Positions 43,292-49,691 of a stretch of DNA of 49,691 nucleotides are shown here, in pieces; the first letter of the stretch is position 1, and each line of letters starts with the position of its first letter. The notes beneath the pieces are model-generated. The model had not been told where the DNA came from and made no database searches. It saw only the letters and a program-made list of their open reading frames with translations. The position numbers and the translations under genes are program-made. This stretch comes from Acidimicrobiales bacterium. Lineage in GTDB: Bacteria > Actinomycetota > Acidimicrobiia > Acidimicrobiales > VFJN01. The DNA lies in assembly GCA_046598435.1 (NCBI GenBank), contig JBKJIL010000136.1:1-49691 (forward strand). The letters are read 5' to 3'.

Positions 43292-43927
43292 GTGCAACAG
43301 GACCCCAGAGCTCGCATGATCGATGCCGCCGAGCGGATCGCGGCTGAGCGGGGCCTCGCCGCGCTGACTGTGCAGGCGGTGCAGGAAGCCGCCGGGCAGA
43401 GGAACAAGTCGGCCGTGCAGTACCACTTCGGGGGCCGCCAAGGCTTGGTGGACGCGTTGGTCGCGACCCGGATGGCCACCGCCAGCGAGCGACGAACTGG
43501 GATGCTCCTCGACCTCGGCGAGGGTGCGACAGTGCGGGCGCTGGTCGAGGTGCTGGTGGTCCCGCTGGTCGAGTCCGTGCTCAGTCGTCAGCCCAGCTAC
43601 TGGGCCCGGTTCCTCGTGCAGGCCATCGGCGACCCGACCACCGGCTTGGCTGCGCTCGGCCAGGTAGACGACCGAGCGCTGCGGGCCGCGCAGGCCCGGC
43701 TCGAGGCGCACCTCGCCCACGTCTCACCGTCGGCCCGCACGCTGCGGGTCCAGTCGATCTTCGGGTACGCCTGCGTCGTCCTTGCCGCCTACGAGGTCGG
43801 CGCCCTCCCGCTCGAGCTCACCGGCACCGCCCTGACGAACGAGATCGTCGACGCCTGCTGCGGCCTGATCGCAGCGCCGACCTCCGATCCCGCCCACCCC
43901 CCGCTGACTCCGAAGGACCCGAGATGA
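43292..43927 (+). CDS. TetR/AcrR family transcriptional regulator
   Basis: HTH region LTVQAVQEAAGQRNKSAVQYHFGGRQGLVDAL. GTG 43292 was chosen from the promoter geometry; the ORF track starts at TTG 43271. Confidence 0.75.
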   Translation: MQQDPRARMIDAAERIAAERGLAALTVQAVQEAAGQRNKSAVQYHFGGRQGLVDALVATRMATASERRTGMLLDLGEGATVRALVEVLVVPLVESVLSRQPSYWARFLVQAIGDPTTGLAALGQVDDRALRAAQARLEAHLAHVSPSARTLRVQSIFGYACVVLAAYEVGALPLELTGTALTNEIVDACCGLIAAPTSDPAHPPLTPKDPR

Positions 43928-44781
43928 CCACCACCACCATGATCGTGACCCCGCACGCCGGCACCGGCGTAGAGATCAGCGGCGTCGACGTCCGCTCCGC
44001 CGACGACGCCACCTTCGGCGAGATCCGTGACCTCTTCCACCAGCACGGCCTGGTGTTCCTCCGGGATCAGGCGCTCTCCGAGACCGACCACATCGCCCTC
44101 GCCCAGCGGCTCGGATCGCTCAACGTGAACCGGTTCTTCGTGAAGCACCCTGCGCACCCCGAGATCGCCATGGTCACCAAGGAGGCCGATCAGCGGCTCA
44201 ACGTCGGCGGGTTCTGGCACACCGACCACAGCTACGACCTCGAGCCGGCGCTCGGCTCCATCCTCGTCGCCCGCGAGCTGCCCGACCGCGGTGGCGACAC
44301 CCAGTTCCTCAGCACCTACGACGCCTTCGACAGCCTGCCCACGATGCTCCAGAACCGCCTTCGGGGCATGCGCGCCGTCCACTCGGCCAAGCACGCCTTC
44401 GGCACCACGGCCTCCAAGATCCGCGAGCTGATCGACCCGCAAGCACGCTCCGAGAACACCGAGGTGGCCGACGAGCTCGGCACGGTCAGCCACCCCGTCG
44501 TGATCCGCCATCCCCTGTCGGGCCGGGAAGCGCTGTTCATCAACCCCAGCTTCACCATCCGCTTCGAGGGGTGGTCGACGATCCGCTCGGCGCCGCTCCT
44601 CGCGCTCATCTACACACGCGTCCTGACGTCGGGCGGCATCGCCACCTTCCAATGGAAGCCCGGATCCGTCGCCATCTGGGACAACCGCGCCACCTGGCAC
44701 AACGCCAAGAACGACTACCGCGGCCAGCGTCGTGAGATGCACCGGATCACCCTCGACGGCTGCGCCCTCGATGCCGCCTGA
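43924..44781 (+). CDS. TauD/TfdA-family Fe(II)/2-oxoglutarate-dependent dioxygenase
   Basis: HxD motif in FWHTDHSYD. Distal His in VIRHP... and AIWDNRATWHNA. Also RREMHRITL. ATGA overlap with the TetR stop. Confidence 0.8.
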   Translation: MTTTTMIVTPHAGTGVEISGVDVRSADDATFGEIRDLFHQHGLVFLRDQALSETDHIALAQRLGSLNVNRFFVKHPAHPEIAMVTKEADQRLNVGGFWHTDHSYDLEPALGSILVARELPDRGGDTQFLSTYDAFDSLPTMLQNRLRGMRAVHSAKHAFGTTASKIRELIDPQARSENTEVADELGTVSHPVVIRHPLSGREALFINPSFTIRFEGWSTIRSAPLLALIYTRVLTSGGIATFQWKPGSVAIWDNRATWHNAKNDYRGQRREMHRITLDGCALDAA

Positions 44782-44893
44782 GCTTGCGCCCGTGGATCGA
44801 CCCGACGTGGTGCTGCTCCTCACCGACCAGGAACGAGCGGCCCCCTCCTACGAGGCACCGGAGCTGCGCCGCTGGCGTGCCGAGCACCTGGCC
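44771..44893 (+). pseudogene. remnant of a sulfatase-family gene (N-terminal ~41 codons only)
   Basis: The ATG at 44771 overlaps the TauD end. MPPELAPVDRPDVVLLLTDQERAAPSYEAPELRRWRAEHLA resembles a sulfatase N-terminus (PxVVLxLTDQ). The frame then loses protein-like character as it meets the 3' end of the convergent gene (stop at 44922). Confidence 0.35.
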
Positions 44894-44921
44894 TGCGAGC
44901 GCTGTCCTACACCGACGGGCG

Positions 44922-47716
44922 TCACTCGAGCCCCGTCAGCGCGTAGCGAACAGCCTCATCGCTGCTCATCAGCTGTCCTTCGCGGCGCCGCCGACGTGCG
45001 ACCTCGGGATCGAGGGCGCGGCGCACGATCGGCACGTAGTGCCGGTAGAGCGCGTAGCCGGTCGGCGCGCCGAACCCAGCACCCGCACCGCCCGCGGTAA
45101 CGGCCGTCGCGCGCGCCGCCGCGAGCAGGCGCGCGGCGGACTCGACGTCGTGCCCACCGACGAACACGACGACCGCGCACGTGATCAAGGCATCGTTGAG
45201 CAGGAGGGGGTCGCCGGTCGCCTGCGCCCCCAGGAGCTGGTCGCGCGCGTGGCTGTGGGCGCGCTGCGCTTCGCCAGCGGCGGCAGCGGCGACGGCGATG
45301 CCGGCGGCGGCGGACAGCGCCTGTGTTGGCGCCCACCGGACCCCCGGGCCACGGGCGAGCAACCGCTCCGCCTCCGCGGCGGACGCGAGCGAAGCGTCGT
45401 CGTCGCCGAGCAGGTGGCTGATCACGGCACGCCGGCTCATCACTTGGGCGTTGTAGACGGGGTCGTTCGTGATGAGGTCCCCCGTCTGTCGGGTCCCGGC
45501 GGCTCGATCGGTGTAGGCGAGCGCGGCCTCGAGGTCGCCGAGGATGAGCTCTGTCATCGACCGGTAGTTCGCCATGAGGACCTCGGCGGTCGGCTGATCC
45601 TTCGGCATCGTCGCGAACGCGAGGTCCGACATCGTGCGGGCTTCGTCGGCGAGCTCAGCCGAGCCCAGCAGCTCGGAGACGACGCTGAGGTTGAACGACA
45701 GCATCGTCATCGAGACGAGCCGCCCCAGCGACCACCCGCCGGCACCGAGCTCGATCGCTTGCCTGGCGTCGGCCACCGCTGCCTCGACTGACCAGCCCAT
45801 CTGCGCGTAGGAACGCATGCTGTAGATGTCGACGAGGTCAACGGTGTCGGCGTCGGCTGGGTCGTCGATGATGCGCGATGTCCACTCGATGACGTCGGTG
45901 AACTCTCCGGTGTTGTTCCAGAACGACCCGATCTGGGCGACTGCGCGCGCGAGGTCGTGCGGCGTCCCGCGGCAAGGGCCCACCGCAGGGAGGCTCGGAT
46001 GTTCGCCATCTCGACGTCGAGACGCTCGTAGAGGCCCGGGTCGAGCCAGAGCCTGTCGCGCTCGAAGGCGTCGAGCCACGCGAGGTAGACGTCGCAGTGC
46101 CGCGTGCGAAGCTGGTCGGCCTCGTCGCTGGCCCGCAAGTGCTCCTCGGCGAAGAGGCGAACGCTCTCCAACAACCGGTAGCGGACCTCTTCACCATCGA
46201 GAAGGACGTTGACGAGCGACTTGGCCACCAGAGAGCCGAGCAGATCGAGGGTCGTCGCGGCGAGATCGCCATCGCCGCACACCGACTCGACCGCGGCGAG
46301 GCCGAACGTCCCGGGGAACACGCCGAGCCTCGCCAGCAGCCGCTGCTCCCGCTCATTGAGGAGGTCGTAGCTCCAGTCGAGCGCCGCTTGCAGCGTCTGC
46401 TGCCGCTGCACGCGGCGCCGACCGCCTGTCAGCAAGCGAAACATGTCACCGAGCCGTCCGGCGATCTGCTGGGGGGAGAGGTGAGACGCGCGGGCGGCCG
46501 CCAGCTCGATCGCCAAGGGAATGCCATCGAGGCGGCGACAGATCTCGGCGATCGCATCGGCGTTGCTCACGGTCACGTCGAAGTCGGGGGCGACGGCCTG
46601 CGCTCGTGCGACGAACAGCTTGGCCGCGTCCGAGCCCATCACGTCGCCGTCGCCAGTCGGGACCGAGAGCGAAGGCACGCGCACGGCTCGCTCGTCGTCG
46701 AGGTCCATCGCTTCGCGACTCGTCGCCAGCACGGTCACGTTGGGGCAGCCATCGAGGATGCGGTCGATGAGCTGAGCGCTGTCGTCGAGCACGTGCTCGC
46801 AGTTGTCCACGATCAGCAGGCAGCGAGCGCGTGAGAGGCGGTCGAGCACCTGCTGACCGACCTCCGTGGCCTGCACCCCCACCGCCTTGGGCAACCCCAG
46901 CGCGCTCCCGACTGCGCCGGTCAGCTCGTTCGGGTCTGAGACTGCCGCGAGGTCGACGAAGAACACGCCATCGGCATAGCTGTTCACGAGCTCGGCGCCG
47001 ACGTGCAGCCCGAGCCGCGTCTTGCCACAACCGCCGATGCCGGTGAGCGTCACCAGGCGATGGTGCTCGAGGAGCGCGCGCACGGCCTGGATCTCGTCCT
47101 CGCGGCCGACCAGCGGCGTCCGTTGCGTCGGCAGGTTGTGGTGGAACGAGCCGAGGGCGCGCAGCGGCGGGAAGTCCGCCTGCACGCCCTCGACGACGAC
47201 CTGGAAGATGCGACGGGGCTCGGCCAAGTCCTTCAGGCGATGCAAGCCGAGGTCACGCATCGCGACGGCCGTGCCGAGCCGCTCGGCCGTCGTCGCCGAC
47301 AGCACGATCTGGCCACCGTGGCCGGCGTCGGCGACGCGTTTGGCCGCATGCACCGCGTGGCCGACGTAATCGCCGTCGCGCACGAGCGCGTCGCCTGTGT
47401 GGAGACCGATCCGGACGCGTATGGCGTTGCCGTCCGGCCAAGGATGGCCTTCGATCGCGCGCTGCCCGTCGCTCGCGGCGAGGACCGCATCGAGGGGCTT
47501 CGCGAACGCTACGAAGAACGCGTCGCCCTCCGTCGCCACCTCCACGCCACCGTGAGCGGCAAACGCCGATCGGAGCAGCTCCTGGTGTGCCTCCAACAGA
47601 TCCGCCCACGCCGCATCTCCGAGCGCTTCCGCCAGGCGCGTCGATGCCTCGATGTCCGTGAACACGAAGGTCACCGAGCCCTCCGGCAGCTTCCGCATCG
47701 AGCTCATGAGTCCCAA
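44922..47716 (-). pseudogene. class III adenylate/guanylate cyclase, NB-ARC/AAA (STAND) ATPase and TPR-like regulator, interrupted by a frameshift near 45960-45970
   Basis: ORF 45707-47716 carries FVFTDIEASTRL, EGDAFFVAF and RIGLHTGD (cyclase), then Walker A GIGGCGKT and Walker B CLLIVDNCEH, and stays sensible up to ...NIRASLRWALAAG (G codon at 45965-45967). ORF 44922-46079 is in a different frame and is sensible only from ...TPHDLARAVAQIGSFWNNTGEF (T codon at 45963-45965) onward. Confidence 0.75.
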
Positions 47717-48039
47717 TTGTGCACCCGGGCGATGCGATCACGGCGGCCAGGGTCGCTGGGTCGTTGATGCGCCGGGCCATGTCGTCGGGCCACGTACCGC
47801 CCACTTACGAGAGGTGCGGGCTGGTCAGCCCGGGTTGGTCTGGTGGGTCGATCCGGCGGTGAGGGGGTGCTGCTGGCCGGGAGAGAGGGCCACGGCGACC
47901 TCGGTCGGACCCGGGCGTAGGCAACCGACGCGATCGGGCCTGTAGGCACGACTGGGCCCGGCTCTGTCTCGTCGAGCCGGCAACCCCATGACCGAGCAGC
48001 CACGCTGCCCCGGGCGCTCGAGCTGGAGGTCGCACCCGG

Positions 48040-48891
48040 TCACCCGCTGACCAGCGGTCGCTCTGGTGCTCGCGCGTCGAACGGGGCAGGTTCGTGCACG
48101 CGAGTGCCAGGGCGGCGTCCCGTGATCAGGAGCACCACTGCGGCGAGCACGGCGAGGGTGGCGGCCCATTGGCTGGAGGTGAGGAACAGGCCGTGGGTCT
48201 CGTCGATGCGGAAGAAGTCCTCGGCGATCCGGCCGATCCCGTACCAGGCGACGAAGGTCAGGAACAGCGACCCGGTCGACAGTCCGCGGCGCCGGAGCCA
48301 CAGCAGGAGCCCGAGCAGTGCGAGCACGGAGACCAGGTCGTAGAGGGCCGGCTGGTGCACGGCTTGGCCGATCGGGGCGTTGCACGGTGACGCGCTGTCG
48401 GCGCCGGTGCAGCGGTAGCCGAGGAGCAGGTCGGTCTGCTTGCCGAGGTGGTCGCCCACGATGAGGTCACCCACCCGGCCTACGGCGATGCCCAGGGCGA
48501 GGCCCGGTGCGGCGGCGTCCATGACGGTCCAGAAGTCGAGGCGTTGGCGTCGCATCTCGGGGATGGCAGCCAGCACCGCGAAGACGATCCCGCCGAGCAG
48601 GGAGGCGCCGCCCTCCCACACCCGCAGGGCCTCGAGCGGTCGATCGGCGTAGTCGCCCAGATGGTTGAGGACGTAGGCGAAGCGGGCCCCGATCAGCGCG
48701 GCGATGATCGCCCGGGTCAGCAGTCGCCACAGGTGCTCCTCGTCGATCCCGCGCGCCCTGGCGTCGGGGAGCATGAGCCTGGCCCCAGCGAGGAACCCGA
48801 CGCCGGTGGCGATGCCGTGGGGGGACACCGACAGCGGGCCGAGGTGGAGCTTGGGGATCGGTGTGTAGTCGAGGAACGCGAGCACGTTCAT
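48040..48891 (-). CDS. lgt: prolipoprotein diacylglyceryl transferase
   Basis: Segments SPHGIATGVGFLAG, RVWEGGASLLGG and IAVGRVGDLIVGDHLG (the Lgt GRxGNxxNxE-type motif). ATGA overlap with the cupredoxin stop. Confidence 0.85.
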   Translation of the reverse strand: MNVLAFLDYTPIPKLHLGPLSVSPHGIATGVGFLAGARLMLPDARARGIDEEHLWRLLTRAIIAALIGARFAYVLNHLGDYADRPLEALRVWEGGASLLGGIVFAVLAAIPEMRRQRLDFWTVMDAAAPGLALGIAVGRVGDLIVGDHLGKQTDLLLGYRCTGADSASPCNAPIGQAVHQPALYDLVSVLALLGLLLWLRRRGLSTGSLFLTFVAWYGIGRIAEDFFRIDETHGLFLTSSQWAATLAVLAAVVLLITGRRPGTRVHEPAPFDARAPERPLVSG

Positions 48892-49352
48892 TCGACGACC
48901 AACGTGCCTTCCATGCCGGCGGCCCGGTGCCCGGCGACGGTGCAGTAGAACGTGTAGCGGCCCGGTTCGTCGGCGCGGAGGCCACCCTCGTTCGTCTCGT
49001 CGGCGTCGGCGGCGACGTGGGTGTCGAGCTCGTCGATGGTGAAGTCGTGCAGGAGATCCTCGGACGTGAGGACGATGGCGACGTCCTCGCCGGCGGTGAC
49101 GGTGATCTCGCCGGGGTCGAACTCGAACGACGTCGCGGTGACCTCGATGCGCCGGGCGCCGTCGGCGACCGGGCTGCTCTCGTTGTGGCCCATGGCGCCG
49201 TCATGGCCCGTGCCTCCGCCCATCGTCCCGTCCCTCCCGGAGTCGGACATGGGCATGTCGGCGGAGGTGGTGTCGTCGTTGTCCCCACAGGCGGCAAGAA
49301 CGAAGGCGGAGGTCGCAACAAGGGCGAGGAAGAGCGTGGTGGATCGGCGCAT
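48888..49352 (-). CDS. cupredoxin (type-1 copper) lipoprotein with a Met/His-rich N-terminal region
   Basis: Lipobox FVLAAC. Then DMPMSDSGRDGTMGGGTGHDGAMGHNE. Copper-ligand pattern LLHDF...YTFYCTVAGHRAAGMEG (H...C-x4-H-x4-M). Confidence 0.8.
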   Translation of the reverse strand: MRRSTTLFLALVATSAFVLAACGDNDDTTSADMPMSDSGRDGTMGGGTGHDGAMGHNESSPVADGARRIEVTATSFEFDPGEITVTAGEDVAIVLTSEDLLHDFTIDELDTHVAADADETNEGGLRADEPGRYTFYCTVAGHRAAGMEGTLVVE

Positions 49353-49432
49353 GGGAGCGCGCTCCCTTCAAGAGAACCAATGGGAGAGGGCGACGCCGGC
49401 GGCGTCGAGGGTTCAGCTGAAGGAACGGCGCT

Positions 49433-49691
49433 TCAACAGCGCATGCCCGCGAGCCGGACCCAGGCCGGGTCCGGGGGCCGCAGCAGCTGACGCGCAGCTC
49501 GGACGCGACCCAGGGCCGAGACGACGAGCGTCGACAGGCGAGTGCCCGTCACCCGTCGAGCGAGACGCAGACCGACGACCGTGGCCACGATCGCCACGCA
49601 GGCCGCCATGACGTGGCCGAACGTGCAGCCCTCACAGCCCGCATCGCGGTGCTCCGCCGGAGTCTCGGCGTGGTGGCCGTGCGTGGGCGCG
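49433..49691 (-). CDS. partial CDS (3' end in window): small His/Cys-rich membrane protein, unknown function
   Basis: A minus frame is open from the window edge to TGA at 49433-49435. It translates ...HGHHAETPAEHRDAGCEGCTFGHVMAACVAIVATVVGLRLARR... (one TM helix). Absent from the ORF track because its start lies outside the window. Confidence 0.3.
   Translation of the reverse strand, partial: APTHGHHAETPAEHRDAGCEGCTFGHVMAACVAIVATVVGLRLARRVTGTRLSTLVVSALGRVRAARQLLRPPDPAWVRLAGMRC

Noticed and set aside
44784-45791. Plus-strand ORFs 44784-45791 (335 aa) and 44732-45100 beyond the first ~41 codons.
   Set aside because: They are antisense to the C-terminal half of the cyclase-STAND gene and Arg/Gly-rich. 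Only the first ~41 codons of the 44732 frame look protein-like, and those are reported as the sulfatase remnant.
47717-48039. About 320 bp without an assigned gene between the cyclase start and the lgt stop. I examined it for a tRNA or small RNA, and for the missing 3' part of the sulfatase.
   Set aside because: I found no T-loop (GTTCRANYC) or cloverleaf-like arms, and no sulfatase-like translation in any frame. The short ORFs here (for example MARRINDPATLAAVIASPG...) are unconvincing. The region remains unexplained.
49454-49474. Hairpin CCGGACCC-AGGCC-GGGTCCGG, considered as a terminator.
   Set aside because: It lies inside the reading frame of the partial minus-strand CDS, 19 nt upstream of that gene's stop codon, so it is not positioned as that gene's terminator.
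1-49691. Search by eye for CRISPR arrays, rRNA or tRNA genes, transposases, integrases, phage genes and long terminal inverted repeats.
   Set aside because: I recognised no regularly spaced direct repeats, no conserved RNA motifs and no DDE, tyrosine-recombinase or serine-recombinase-like translations. This is a negative result by inspection only and was not checked by covariance-model or HMM search.

Overview
Very GC-rich segment (about 70% G+C by eye, not computed), actinobacterial in style and densely coding. I support about 45 protein genes. I recognised no rRNA, tRNA, CRISPR array, transposase or integrase. Start codons were refined by hand from the ORF track. Fifteen gene junctions are 4-nt stop/start overlaps (ATGA, GTGA or TTGA), which supports the operon calls.

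**Layout**
- 1-21.7 kb: an oxygenase-rich catabolic supercluster. It holds three carotenoid-cleavage-oxygenase (CCO) family paralogs, a Rieske oxygenase, a tightly coupled 5-gene operon (amidohydrolase, SDR, ThuA-like, P450, amidohydrolase_2), a Liv-type ABC importer with two orphan exported proteins attached, an acyl-CoA synthetase and a TetR regulator.
- 21.8-27.6 kb: a secreted beta-propeller/phosphoesterase fusion, an internally duplicated small protein, a heme-oxygenase-like iron enzyme and a PF10118-like metal hydrolase.
- 27.6-35.6 kb: a TetR plus heterodimeric ABC exporter operon, a fused two-domain acyl-CoA dehydrogenase and a 4CL-like CoA ligase.
- 35.7-36.6 kb: an XRE-HTH plus small nucleotidyltransferase pair (toxin-antitoxin-like) behind a perfect 20-bp palindrome.
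- 36.6-39.0 kb: a copZ and CopB-type ATPase operon with a textbook promoter and two CsoR-like boxes.
- 39.0-44.8 kb: an MMPL transporter, an MFS transporter fused to a cNMP-binding domain, and TetR plus TauD.
- 44.8-47.7 kb: a sulfatase remnant and a frameshifted adenylate-cyclase/NB-ARC/TPR gene.
- 48.0-49.7 kb: a cupredoxin-lgt operon and a partial gene.

**Main finding.** A 17-bp palindrome family (GGTGAACA-N-TGTTCACC) occurs six times. Every copy sits at a gene boundary in the left supercluster. This suggests a single TetR-controlled regulon for an uncharacterised, possibly stilbenoid/apocarotenoid/lignin-derived, degradation pathway.

All family assignments come from motif recognition by eye. 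No database search was possible.
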